The notes beneath the pieces were generated by a model that had not been told where the DNA came from, did not search any database, and saw nothing but the letters and a program-made list of their open reading frames with translations. From contig JAKBPI010000002.1 in assembly GCA_021829645.1 (NCBI GenBank), forward strand, positions 83,568 through 147,567: a stretch of 64,000 nt of DNA, read 5' to 3'. Below, piece by piece: positions 9,632 to 19,224 of this stretch (positions within the stretch are counted from its first letter, which is position 1; each line of letters begins with the position of its first letter). The stretch comes from Actinomycetes bacterium. GTDB taxonomy: Bacteria > Actinomycetota > Acidimicrobiia > Acidimicrobiales > Bog-793. A program made the translations under genes and the position numbers.

Positions 9632-10540
9632 GTGCGTAGAAAATTGAAAACAGAGGAAAAGGATACGACGGCTACAGCTGTTATCGTCAACTATAACGCC
9701 GGAACGGCTCTTTTGTCCTGTGTGAAAAGTGTTATTGAAGAGGGATTACCGGTGGTGGTAGTGGATAACGCTTCTAAAGACGACTCTATAGTGTCTGTAA
9801 AAGAAACTTTTGCAGACACAAAGGTTATCACCCTCGATAACAATCTGGGTTATGGCTCGGCCGTAAACATAGGGACGGACTCCCTGCAAACGGACTATAT
9901 CTTGGTGATGAATCCAGATGTCAATCTAACCCCTCAAGCTTTTTTGACTCTGAAAAAAGTCTTGGATGAAAACGACGATGCGGCATTAGTGGGTCCTAAG
10001 TTGATTTATCCGGACGGGGGATTTTATCCGTCGGCTCGCTCTTTTCCTTCTTATACGACCGCTTTTGCACACGCTTTTTTGGGCATATTTTGGAAAAATA
10101 ACAAGTGGTCTAAGCGCTACCGCCTGGAAGAGGGGGCAACAAGTCCTGCCTGGCTACAAAGAAGAGAGGTGGACTGGGTATCGGGTGCCTGCTTTTTGGT
10201 ACGCCGGGTTGCCTTTGAGGCCATCAACGGTTTTGATACCGGGTACTTTATGTATGTAGAAGATCTTGACCTGTCTTGGCGACTGAAAGAAGCAGGGTGG
10301 CGCATACTTTTCGAACCGGAATCCGTTGTGGTACACGATCAGGGTTTGTCGGCGAGAAAGCACCCATACAAGATGACGGTGGCTCATCATATTTCCACAT
10401 GGCGATTTGTCTGTAAGACCAACAGAGGAAGTTCGGCGATTTTGCTCCCCTTTATAGGAATCGCACTTTTAACGAGAATGATAATTGCTATTATTAAAGA
10501 GTTTTATACTGAAGAGAAGTCCAAAACTATTGGACGCTAA
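9632..10540 (+). CDS. Family 2 glycosyltransferase (rhamnosyltransferase WbbL-like)
   Basis: GT2 N-terminal signature VIVNYNAG...VVVVDNASKDDS and ILVMNPDV, YVEDLDLSWR. Sits directly after rmlD, as wbbL does in mycobacteria. Confidence 0.75.
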   Translation: MRRKLKTEEKDTTATAVIVNYNAGTALLSCVKSVIEEGLPVVVVDNASKDDSIVSVKETFADTKVITLDNNLGYGSAVNIGTDSLQTDYILVMNPDVNLTPQAFLTLKKVLDENDDAALVGPKLIYPDGGFYPSARSFPSYTTAFAHAFLGIFWKNNKWSKRYRLEEGATSPAWLQRREVDWVSGACFLVRRVAFEAINGFDTGYFMYVEDLDLSWRLKEAGWRILFEPESVVVHDQGLSARKHPYKMTVAHHISTWRFVCKTNRGSSAILLPFIGIALLTRMIIAIIKEFYTEEKSKTIGR

Positions 10541-10560
10541 AGGGATGGGATCGCAAAGTC

Positions 10561-11604
10561 ATGGCCAAAGGATCATTTAGCAAAACCGTTGCACGGGCTG
10601 CAGCCAGCGGCGGTTCCAAGGGCTATAAAGCTCAGGCGCCTAGGGGCTGGTACATGATGTTGTCTTTGATAGTCATTGGGGGCTTTGCTCTGATCGGCTA
10701 CAGCAGATATGAAAACAACTACGTAGCACCTGCCATACCGCCTACGTCAGCAGATCACTGGTATGCGGCTTTGGGCGTTGACATATGCGGCACTATCGAG
10801 CCCAACTTGGGAGCTAACTCCAACATTTCCACCGTGGGTATCAGAACATTTGGTAACGGAATCATCGATATCGATCCGGGTGCTGTTTCCAAGCCGTCTC
10901 TTTTCACCGGTAAACACGCCACTCTGGGCAATTTTGTTTCGCATTACAAAGGACTTGTGCTGAGTGCAGCAGTGCTTGGGTTACCAAATCCGGCGTACGT
11001 TGCACCCTCTTCTACTACAACTTCTTCTACCACCACCACAGCGGTAACGACTCCCACTTCCAAGACTACGACAACTTTGTCCAAGTCGTCTTCTTCGAAG
11101 GGGTCCGCCACCACAACGACCGCTGTCACTACGACTACTTCTACAAAAACTACGACTACTTCTACAAAATCTGTCGCCAAGAAAGCCACTACCACCACAA
11201 CGGCTGCTCCTGTGACCAAGCCGCTTGTGTCCAACGGTCAAGCCTGTACTCCTTCACTCGGCTCAGACAGGGGTACCGGTCGTGTGTTGGTGGAGGTCTG
11301 GTCCTCTCCCAAGGCCAAAGGCAAGATATACAAGGGAAATCCCAACAATCTGCGCCTGGCTAACGGTCAAATGATTACGTTAGGCTTTGTTCCACAGAGC
11401 GTAACATCCCTGCCTGAGCCCAAGTCCAAAGCCACACTTGAGTCTGACCTTCAACCCAATGGCAGTTCCGGTGCTCTCGGTGCTTCAGGATCAGCAGCTC
11501 AGTCCAAGCTGAAAAAGGCTCTCGAATCCACCACAACGGTATCAGCCAAAAAAGCTACGCCTAAGGCCTCCTCGAAAGCCACCGCTAAAGGTAAAAAAGG
11601 CTGA
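10561..11604 (+). CDS. Membrane-anchored protein with a long Thr/Ser-rich low-complexity linker; function unknown
   Basis: Single N-terminal TM segment (WYMMLSLIVIGGFALIGY), a globular segment, then about 90 aa of TTTSSTTTTAVTTPTSKTTTT-type sequence and a Lys/Ser/Ala-rich tail. Confidence 0.6.
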   Translation: MAKGSFSKTVARAAASGGSKGYKAQAPRGWYMMLSLIVIGGFALIGYSRYENNYVAPAIPPTSADHWYAALGVDICGTIEPNLGANSNISTVGIRTFGNGIIDIDPGAVSKPSLFTGKHATLGNFVSHYKGLVLSAAVLGLPNPAYVAPSSTTTSSTTTTAVTTPTSKTTTTLSKSSSSKGSATTTTAVTTTTSTKTTTTSTKSVAKKATTTTTAAPVTKPLVSNGQACTPSLGSDRGTGRVLVEVWSSPKAKGKIYKGNPNNLRLANGQMITLGFVPQSVTSLPEPKSKATLESDLQPNGSSGALGASGSAAQSKLKKALESTTTVSAKKATPKASSKATAKGKKG

Positions 11605-11796
11605 TCACGAAGTTATTTTATTGCACGCGCAACTAAAATTTACATACAAATAAAACATCTTTTCGGTATGTGATATTTCTGTGATGGTATGATTACAAGA
11701 AGTGAATAAATTTCCGTCTCGCATGTGCGCGAATAAGGATTTATGCTACTATGTAGCTTGTGAAATAATAAACATGGTGACCATAAGGAGAAATGC

Positions 11797-12876
11797 GTGT
11801 TAGCAGTAGTGCTTGTCGGCGGCGAAGGAACAAGACTTAGACCACTTACCAATCATCTACCCAAACCCATGCTTCCCATAGTAGAAAAACCCATGATTGC
11901 AAGAATCGTAGACTGGCTGTCTGCCCACGGGGTAGACGAAGTCGTCTTGGCCTTAGGCTATAAGCCCGATGCCTTTGTGGATGCATTTCCCGACGGCATT
12001 GTAGACGGTGTCAAGATCCACTACGCCACCGAACCCTCTCCCCTTGATACGGCGGGAGCTATTCGATATGCGGCAGAATCCGTAGGGGTAAGGCAGGGAC
12101 CGATGGTCGTCGTCAATGGCGATATCGTTACGGATTTGAATCTTACTGATTTGATTCACTTTCACAGGGAGAGCGAAGGGTTAGCCACTATTTCTTTGAC
12201 TCCGGTCGAAGACCCTTCCGCCTACGGCGTTGTGCCGACCGACCCTTACGGCAGAGTGTTGGCATTCATAGAAAAACCGGCAAAAGACAAAGCCCCTACC
12301 AATTTAGTCAACGCCGGTATTTACGTACTCGACTCGACCATGATGAATCTGATAGATTCCGACAGGCGTGTTTCCATTGAAAGGGAGATATTCCCACTTC
12401 TCGTGGAAAGAGGAGAACTGTTTGCCATGGCATCTGATGCTTATTGGTTAGATACCGGTACTCCGGAAAGATTTCTTCAGGCACAGTTAGATCTATTGAG
12501 CGGTATGAGGATATACGGTAACGATATAGATTACGTGGAAAAGCGCGGCAATGTATTTTTGTCACCCGGCACTGAGTTGGAAGCCGAAACCAAGGGCAAT
12601 GTCTACATGGGATTTGCATCCAAAGCTGCTGCAGGTTCTTATCTGCACGACGCAGTGATAGGGAGCGGATCGCTTGTGGCTAAGTGGGCCAAAGTCATCA
12701 GATCCGTTATTATGCCGGGAGCAAAAATCCACGAAGGTGCCATTATTGAAGATTCAATTATCGGCCCTGACGCAGTGATCGGAGCGGCTGCCGAAGTAAA
12801 AAATTCTACAATTGTAGGGGCAGAGTCCACAGTTCCGAGCGGAATGCTCTTAGATAGTGCCAGACATTCTCTATAA
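11797..12876 (+). CDS. Mannose-1-phosphate guanylyltransferase-like NDP-sugar pyrophosphorylase
   Basis: N-terminal VLVGGEGTRLRPLT..LPKPMLP nucleotidyltransferase signature plus a C-terminal left-handed beta-helix-like repeat region. 359 aa, GTG start. Confidence 0.8.
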   Translation: MLAVVLVGGEGTRLRPLTNHLPKPMLPIVEKPMIARIVDWLSAHGVDEVVLALGYKPDAFVDAFPDGIVDGVKIHYATEPSPLDTAGAIRYAAESVGVRQGPMVVVNGDIVTDLNLTDLIHFHRESEGLATISLTPVEDPSAYGVVPTDPYGRVLAFIEKPAKDKAPTNLVNAGIYVLDSTMMNLIDSDRRVSIEREIFPLLVERGELFAMASDAYWLDTGTPERFLQAQLDLLSGMRIYGNDIDYVEKRGNVFLSPGTELEAETKGNVYMGFASKAAAGSYLHDAVIGSGSLVAKWAKVIRSVIMPGAKIHEGAIIEDSIIGPDAVIGAAAEVKNSTIVGAESTVPSGMLLDSARHSL

Positions 12877-12888
12877 TGTAACTCTTAT

Positions 12889-13881
12889 ATGAGAGTTTTA
12901 GTTACCGGCGGAGCCGGCTTTATAGGATCGAATTTGGTTGACCGTCTTTTGGCGGAAAATTTGGAAGTTGACGTTGCTGACGACCTTTCCAGCGGGTCTC
13001 TTTCGAATCTGGCTGAAGCCAGAGCATCGGGCGGCAAACTCAAGTTCCACAAAATTGACATTCGATCTCAGGACATCTTCGAACTTTTTAGAATACGTCA
13101 GCCAGAGGTGGTGTTCCACTTGGCAGCTCAAATCAGCGTTACCAAATCGGTGCGCGAACCTCTCCTGGATGCCGGTATAAACGTTTTGGGATCGCTTCAG
13201 GTGATAGAAGCAGCCAGAATCTCAGGCGCCAGGAAAGTCGTGTTTGCGGCAAGCGGAGGTTCTCTTTACGGAGACTTAGAGCCGGAAGAACTACCGGTGG
13301 CTGAAACGCATCGGCGCGATCCCCGCTCCCCCTATGGGCTGGCAAAAAAAGTGGTGGGGGAATATCTTGCACTCTATCGAGAACTCTATGATTTGGAGTT
13401 TACGGCATTGGCTTTGGCCAATGTTTACGGCCCACGTCAAGACCCATATGGGGAAGGAGGCGTGGTGTCTATTTTTGCCAATAACTTATTGGCCGGCAAA
13501 GTTTCCACTATTTATGGCGACGGCAATCAGACGAGAGATTTTGTGTTCGTGGATGACGTAGTGGACGCTTTTGCTCGGGCCAGAACAAAAGGTTCCGGCC
13601 TGCTGATGAATATCGCCACAGGGAAGCAGGTCTCAGTGAACGAACTGTATAGTACGATGGCCTCTGTGGTCTCCGGTGATTTGAAGCCGGTATATGCAGA
13701 GACGAGGGAAGGCGAAGTGCTGGCCAGTGCTCTCGATCCTTCGAGGGCTGCCATCCACTTGGGGTGGAAGTATTGGACCGGTCTGCCAGAAGGCGCAAAA
13801 GCCGTTTTGGATTACTTTAGGGCAGGACACAGAGTCAAAGTTCTGACGGAAGAGGACTTTACCAGGAAGGATGACAATTGA
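12889..13881 (+). CDS. NAD-dependent epimerase/dehydratase (UDP-glucose 4-epimerase-like)
   Basis: VTGGAGFIGSNLV Rossmann motif and YGLAKKVVGEY (YxxxK). Confidence 0.8.
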   Translation: MRVLVTGGAGFIGSNLVDRLLAENLEVDVADDLSSGSLSNLAEARASGGKLKFHKIDIRSQDIFELFRIRQPEVVFHLAAQISVTKSVREPLLDAGINVLGSLQVIEAARISGARKVVFAASGGSLYGDLEPEELPVAETHRRDPRSPYGLAKKVVGEYLALYRELYDLEFTALALANVYGPRQDPYGEGGVVSIFANNLLAGKVSTIYGDGNQTRDFVFVDDVVDAFARARTKGSGLLMNIATGKQVSVNELYSTMASVVSGDLKPVYAETREGEVLASALDPSRAAIHLGWKYWTGLPEGAKAVLDYFRAGHRVKVLTEEDFTRKDDN

Positions 13882-14798
13882 TTGTCGTATTGGCCGGGGG
13901 GACTGGCGCTGCCAAATTTCTGAGCGGTTTGATCCAGGTGATGAAAAGAGAAGATATCTACGTCGTAGGCAACACCGGAGACGATGCGGTTTTCTTTGGT
14001 TTGCACGTGAGTCCCGATTTGGATACAATTTGTTATACCTTGGCGGGTGAAGTCAACTCCGCCACCGGTTGGGGGCTGAAGAGCGAAACTTGGCATGCCA
14101 TGGATACGGTTGCCCGCTATGGAGGGGATACTTGGTTCCATCTGGGTGACAGAGACTTGGGCACTCATCTTTACAGAACAGCTCGCCTTCGGGAAGGTGC
14201 ACTACTATCTACCGTGACTGAAGAAATTGCTGAAGCTTGGCAAATCGGCGTGGACTTGGTGCCGATGTCTGATGCTCCGGTGCGTACTTACTTAGAACTC
14301 TTGGACGGGACGGAAGTGGCATTTCAGGATTACTTTGTGAAACTCCGTCACTCGGTTCCCGTTGAAGCGGTAACGTTTCGAGGTGCTTCTCAGGCGACTC
14401 CGACAGAAGGTATTCTGGAAGCTTTTGCGGCAGCAGAGCGCATTATTTTAGCCCCTTCTAACCCTATTGTCTCTATAGGTCCCATATTGGCTATCCCTGC
14501 CGTCAGGAACGCGCTGGAAAAGTATAGAGATAAAGTAAGAGCCGTTTCTCCGATAGTGGCCGGTGTCGCGCTCAAAGGTCCGGCTGACAGATTACTCAGA
14601 GAGTTGGGCCACGAAGCATCCGTTGTCGGGGTAGCCGGTCTTTTGGCAGACGTGACGGACACGTTGGTGATAGATGAACAGGACGCAGCGCTGGCCAAAA
14701 GCATAAGCGGCTTAGACGTCAGACCCGTCGTGACAAATACCATTATGTCGACTCCGGAACTTGCCAAAAAACTTGCTTCGGTGGTTATAGATTGTTAA
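13878..14798 (+). CDS. cofD: 2-phospho-L-lactate (or EPPG) transferase of F420 biosynthesis
   Basis: VVLAGGTGAAKFLSGL N-terminus and overall CofD/FbiA-like sequence. The TTG start overlaps the upstream stop by 4 nt. Confidence 0.85.
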   Translation: MIVVLAGGTGAAKFLSGLIQVMKREDIYVVGNTGDDAVFFGLHVSPDLDTICYTLAGEVNSATGWGLKSETWHAMDTVARYGGDTWFHLGDRDLGTHLYRTARLREGALLSTVTEEIAEAWQIGVDLVPMSDAPVRTYLELLDGTEVAFQDYFVKLRHSVPVEAVTFRGASQATPTEGILEAFAAAERIILAPSNPIVSIGPILAIPAVRNALEKYRDKVRAVSPIVAGVALKGPADRLLRELGHEASVVGVAGLLADVTDTLVIDEQDAALAKSISGLDVRPVVTNTIMSTPELAKKLASVVIDC

Positions 14799-14799
14799 C

Positions 14800-15567
14800 G
14801 TGACAAAAAGCGAGTTAAGCATTTTTGGCGTGCACGGGATACCGGATATTGCCCGTGGCGACGATCTGGCAAAGATTATTGGCGAGAGGGTCGAGCCAAA
14901 AGATTATGACGTTCTCGTCGTTACGCAAAAAATAGTATCCAAGGCAGAGGGGCGTGTCGTAAAGCTCGACGACGGGGGTGATCCAAAAAACACTCCGCAA
15001 GAAGAAAGCCCTTCTTATGCAGAGGAAAGGCTCCGAGCTTTGGCAACAGCCAAAGAACAAATTGTCCTTTCTGAATCCGTCAGGATTCTCAGACGCCGCG
15101 GATCTCTGGTGATAGCCGAAACAAAGCACGGCTTTATCTGTGCCAATGCCGGGGTAGATCTCTCCAACGTGGAGAGCGGCTATGCGGTGCTTTTGCCAGT
15201 AGATCCGGATTACTCGGCTGCCAGGATCAGGGCCCGCATCAAACACCTATTCGGAGTAGAGGTGGGGGTCGTCATCACTGATACCTTCGGTAGAGTATGG
15301 CGACAGGGTCTGGTGGATGTGGCTATAGGCGTAGCGGGTATCGGGGCCATCAACGACCTCTGCGGGACAGAGGACGCCTATGGAAACGTACTTCATGCCA
15401 CCAAAGTATGTATAGCCGATGAGTTAGCGGCCGCGGCAAATCTGGTTATGGCCAAAGCCGACAAAGTCCCGGCAGCAGTCATCAGAGGTCTGGATAGGGA
15501 TCTCTTCAGGGAGTCTTCCGTAAAGGGGGAGATTGTCAGATCACATAGGGAAGACTTTTTCCGGTGA
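14800..15567 (+). CDS. cofE: Coenzyme F420-0:L-glutamate ligase, single-domain CofE type
   Basis: CofE-like sequence (GIPDIARGDDLAKII, VVTQKIVSKAEGR, TDTFGRVWRQG). 255 aa with no additional C-terminal domain. Confidence 0.85.
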   Translation: MTKSELSIFGVHGIPDIARGDDLAKIIGERVEPKDYDVLVVTQKIVSKAEGRVVKLDDGGDPKNTPQEESPSYAEERLRALATAKEQIVLSESVRILRRRGSLVIAETKHGFICANAGVDLSNVESGYAVLLPVDPDYSAARIRARIKHLFGVEVGVVITDTFGRVWRQGLVDVAIGVAGIGAINDLCGTEDAYGNVLHATKVCIADELAAAANLVMAKADKVPAAVIRGLDRDLFRESSVKGEIVRSHREDFFR

Positions 15568-16880
15568 AAAGCTCCGCTTGGTCAAAAGCGGCCACGGCTG
15601 AAGGGTTTGCTATTACTTTGGTGGCAGATCAACTGCGCCAAAGGGTTCCAGGCGGTATAGGCGTATATATTCTCGGTCTGCTGCAAGGCTTCAGTGGGCT
15701 CTGCAGCGAGTCTATAACCGGCGTCAGTATAGGCGAAAGCCTGCGGCTTACCTTGTTTGCCTCAAAACAAGACTCTGAACAGGATCAACTGAAGGACTTT
15801 ATCGCCTCCCGGGATAAGAATTTGTCCGGCAGGGGAGTTTCCTTTTCTCTTGTCGAAAAGACAGCCAACTCACGTGCTTTTATGACGGCCTGTCGTTTCG
15901 GTTTATTATCCGTGCCCCAATCTGATTTGGTAGCGGCCACTTCTCTCGTTGTGCCCAAATACAGGGGAGTCCTGAGTGTGGCTTTGCATGACCTGGCTTT
16001 CAGGGATACCCCGGAGAGCTTTACGTCACACGGGCGCAGATGGCACGAAGCAGCTCTCGTGCGGGCACTGAAAAGGGCATCCGGTTTTAGCGTGCCCACC
16101 GCGGATATGGCTCTTAGAGTACGAGAGATGACAGACAAGCCGGTGGCTGTGATCGGATACGGCTGTGATCATTTACCAGAACCTGATGTTGCGGGCGCCG
16201 AAAAAATTCTGCATCGCATCTTGGGCGACACCTACGACCGAGAACACAAACTGCTACTTACGGTAGGCACCCTGGAGCCGAGAAAAAATTTGGCAAGGAT
16301 CATAAGAGCTTTTTCTGCTGTCAGGGACTCCTATCAGGGTAAAGTATCACTGCTGGTCATAGGACCTCAGGGTTGGGGGGAGATGCCTGAGGTATCAGAA
16401 GGGGTGTATTTGCTGGGGAGGGTTTCAGAGGGAGAACTGGCGGCTTTTTACAAAATTGCCTATGCCCTGGTCTATGCTCCCATATTAGAAGGCTACGGAT
16501 TGCCGGTGGTCGAAGCATTTTATTCCGCTCTGCCGGTCATCTCCTCCGATGTGCCCAGTGCGGGTGGGGCTACCTTGTCCGTGGATCCTCTGGCCGAGGC
16601 GGACATAGCAGCCAAAATTTTGGACGTGCTCACAACTCCCTCATTGCGCAGTGACCTCATACGACGGGGCGCAGAACGGCTGGCGGGAAATCGGTGGCGA
16701 GATATTGCCTTGCAGCATCTGCTGTTCTGGCGTTATTTGCAGGTAAAATATGCGTATCCCGCCGGGCATGTGGAGATGCTGCAAAAAATCGGCATTAGTC
16801 AGGAAAATGCCGGAGAAGACGGTTTTAAATTGTTTTACGAAGCCAAAGACTTATCCGCAGAACTCCGATTGTTCGCCTAG
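15564..16880 (+). CDS. Family 4 (GT-B fold) glycosyltransferase
   Basis: VGTLEPRKN and EGYGLPVVEAF motifs. The GTG start overlaps the cofE stop (GTGA). Confidence 0.7.
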   Translation: MKSSAWSKAATAEGFAITLVADQLRQRVPGGIGVYILGLLQGFSGLCSESITGVSIGESLRLTLFASKQDSEQDQLKDFIASRDKNLSGRGVSFSLVEKTANSRAFMTACRFGLLSVPQSDLVAATSLVVPKYRGVLSVALHDLAFRDTPESFTSHGRRWHEAALVRALKRASGFSVPTADMALRVREMTDKPVAVIGYGCDHLPEPDVAGAEKILHRILGDTYDREHKLLLTVGTLEPRKNLARIIRAFSAVRDSYQGKVSLLVIGPQGWGEMPEVSEGVYLLGRVSEGELAAFYKIAYALVYAPILEGYGLPVVEAFYSALPVISSDVPSAGGATLSVDPLAEADIAAKILDVLTTPSLRSDLIRRGAERLAGNRWRDIALQHLLFWRYLQVKYAYPAGHVEMLQKIGISQENAGEDGFKLFYEAKDLSAELRLFA

Positions 16881-16964
16881 GGAAGAGAGAAAGAACTGAG
16901 CGAGTCATACCGTAAGGGTAGTGTTCCGGAGAAGACGGAACCTATCGATGTACAAAACTACAAT

Positions 16965-18116
16965 TTGTTGTTAAATGCAACCGGTGTACCCGAAAATCCG
17001 GCTGGAGCCGGCAGGTATATCTACGAACTGGCGAGGGTGGCAGCGGCAAAGCCGGATTTGTCTCTTTTGCTCTGTACGAGGAGAAATGACATCCGGAGGT
17101 GGCTTGGGATACTGCAGGACGCCAAGCATAACAGGATTATTCCCGTGGCCCCGTCTTCGCGCCCTGCAAGAATGTTTTACGAAGAGTTTTTACTGCAACG
17201 CTTGGCAGGCAGTATTTTTGCGGACAACCCTCGGCTATCTCGGAATTTAGTGCTGCATGGACCTCACTATGTGATACCCCCTTTTCGCAGTATTGCCAAA
17301 GTGGCAACGATACACGATTTGACTTTGGTGGAACACAGGGAGTGGCACGAACCTTCCAAAGTGCTTTATTTCACTCATGCCATAAAGCAAGCTGTGGCCC
17401 ATGCCCAGGCACTGGTCTGCCCCAGCGAGTATACTGCCAGGAAACTTTCCGATATTTTTAACCCAAAATGTCCCATCGTTGTGGCCAGGCACGGTATAGA
17501 TCTGGGTCTTTTTTGCCCTTCCTCTCCGGATATTGCCGTGGAAGACAAAGAACTTCTCGAATCACCGGGCATTTCCCGTCGCTACATACTGCATGTGGGT
17601 ACCCTGGAACCGCGTAAAAATATTCCCCTTCTGATAAAGGCCTTTGACGTCATAGCCGAAAGGGACAAAGAAATATCGTTGCTGTTAGCCGGTGGTAATG
17701 GTTGGCGGATGGGGGGGATAGATAAAGCCATAGGCGCTGCCAAGAACGCGCAACGTATCAAAAAGCTGGGCTACGTATCAGATAGGCAGGTAGCGGCACT
17801 GCTTCGCCGAGCGGCAGCGGTGTGTTATCCCTCAGCGGAAGAGGGCTTTGGGCTTCCGGCTGCCGAAGCAATGGCTTGCGGGGCACCGCTGGTGACGACT
17901 GAAGACAGCGCCATGGCTGAAATGGTGGGCAAAGCTGCTCTGTTGGTCCCGGTCGGCTCTTTTGGTCTTTTGGTAGAAGCTTTGCAGGTCGCTCTTGCCG
18001 GCGGAAGGGAAACAGAGTCACGCAGACTGCTGGGGATTGAGATGTCTTACAATTTTACTTGGGAAAAATCATTAAAAAATCATCTTAAGGCTTACGAACT
18101 CGCTTTAGGTGGCTAG
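16965..18116 (+). CDS. Family 4 (GT-B fold) glycosyltransferase
   Basis: HVGTLEPRKN and EEGFGLPAAEAMACGAPLV motifs. The start codon is uncertain: TTG at 16965, with the frame open from 16881. Confidence 0.75.
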   Translation: MLLNATGVPENPAGAGRYIYELARVAAAKPDLSLLLCTRRNDIRRWLGILQDAKHNRIIPVAPSSRPARMFYEEFLLQRLAGSIFADNPRLSRNLVLHGPHYVIPPFRSIAKVATIHDLTLVEHREWHEPSKVLYFTHAIKQAVAHAQALVCPSEYTARKLSDIFNPKCPIVVARHGIDLGLFCPSSPDIAVEDKELLESPGISRRYILHVGTLEPRKNIPLLIKAFDVIAERDKEISLLLAGGNGWRMGGIDKAIGAAKNAQRIKKLGYVSDRQVAALLRRAAAVCYPSAEEGFGLPAAEAMACGAPLVTTEDSAMAEMVGKAALLVPVGSFGLLVEALQVALAGGRETESRRLLGIEMSYNFTWEKSLKNHLKAYELALGG

Positions 18117-18125
18117 TTTTAATAT

Positions 18126-19028
18126 GTGCGCGCATTTATAACCGGAGTAAGCGGTTTCGTGGGAAAGTGGCTAAGTGCCCATCTGGCTGATCACGGCGAT
18201 GAGGTATTTTCCATTGACGAATCCGTGGATGTAAGAGACGAAGCAGCCTTGAGGGAAGTGCTCCGGGCTGCGGTTCCTGAAGTTATTTACCACTTAGCTG
18301 CTCTCACTCACGTGGGACGCTCTTTTGAAGACCCCATCAGCTATCTGGAAGTCAATACGGTGGGAACTTATAAACTCTTAGAGGCTGCCAGATCTCTTGT
18401 TGAGCTACCCAAAGTGATTTTGATAAGTTCCGCCGAAGTTTACGGTTTGACTTGTCAAAATAAAGACGGTGACCCTATTACAGAAGAGGACCCCGTTTTG
18501 CCGGCCACACCATATGCGTTTTCGAAAGTGGCAGCGGAATACGGCGGTTTGCAGCAGATGTACTCTTATGGGCTTCCCGTGGTGTTGGCTAGGCCTTTCA
18601 ACCACATAGGACCAGGACAAAGTGATGCTTTTGTCGTATCGGCCTTGGCAAAGCGCATAGCGGCAGCTGAGATATCCGGTGAAAAGTACATTCCGGTGGG
18701 CAATCTCGCTGCCAAGAGAGATTTTACTGATGTCCGGGACGTAGTAGCCGCCTACAGGATGATGGCCGTGGAGGCCAAGGCGGGCGAGGCTTACAATATC
18801 TGCTCCGGCAAGGCAGTGGCCATATCGGAGATTGCCGAAGATCTGATTAGGATTTCTGCCTCCGACATCGAACTACGCAGAGATGAAAGTCTCCTCAGAC
18901 CGGTGGATTTGCCGGTCTTATACGGATCTCCGGCCAAATTGCAAGACGTCACTTCTTGGGAGCCGGTTATTCCCCGTGATCAAACCCTTTCGGACGTTTT
19001 GACATATTGGCGAGAGCATCTTTCATAA
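18126..19028 (+). CDS. NAD-dependent epimerase/dehydratase (GDP-4-keto-6-deoxymannose reductase-like)
   Basis: ITGVSGFVGKWL Rossmann motif and YAFSKVAAEY (YxxxK). 300 aa, GTG start. Confidence 0.7.
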   Translation: MRAFITGVSGFVGKWLSAHLADHGDEVFSIDESVDVRDEAALREVLRAAVPEVIYHLAALTHVGRSFEDPISYLEVNTVGTYKLLEAARSLVELPKVILISSAEVYGLTCQNKDGDPITEEDPVLPATPYAFSKVAAEYGGLQQMYSYGLPVVLARPFNHIGPGQSDAFVVSALAKRIAAAEISGEKYIPVGNLAAKRDFTDVRDVVAAYRMMAVEAKAGEAYNICSGKAVAISEIAEDLIRISASDIELRRDESLLRPVDLPVLYGSPAKLQDVTSWEPVIPRDQTLSDVLTYWREHLS

Positions 19029-19224
19029 GGTTTTTCATAAATCCACAGGTTTTTGTTGTCCTCTCACGCATGTGATTGACGTGCTCATCCGGCCTGTAAT
19101 CTTTGGCTATTTCTCTAATCGTTCCGTAAATACGTTTTCCGGACATCACAGAAAAACCCACGGCCGTATAAAACAAGTCTTCAAAATCTTTTTTGAGTTT
19201 ACTGGCGGCTTCTTTTTCGTTCAT
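18967..19224 (-). CDS. Possible small charged protein (85 aa), phasin-like by composition
   Basis: The ORF has protein-like composition (KKDFEDLFYTAVGFSVMSGKRIYGTIREIAKDY). Its 3' end overlaps the convergent epimerase gene by 62 nt. No firm family call. Confidence 0.3.
   Translation of the reverse strand: MNEKEAASKLKKDFEDLFYTAVGFSVMSGKRIYGTIREIAKDYRPDEHVNHMRERTTKTCGFMKNLMKDALANMSKRPKGFDHGE

Noticed and set aside
10944-11241. Minus-strand ORFs opposite the Thr-rich tract of the 10561-11604 gene
   Set aside because: Poly-Val/Gly/Arg translation of the complement of ACC/ACT repeats. This is a low-complexity artefact.
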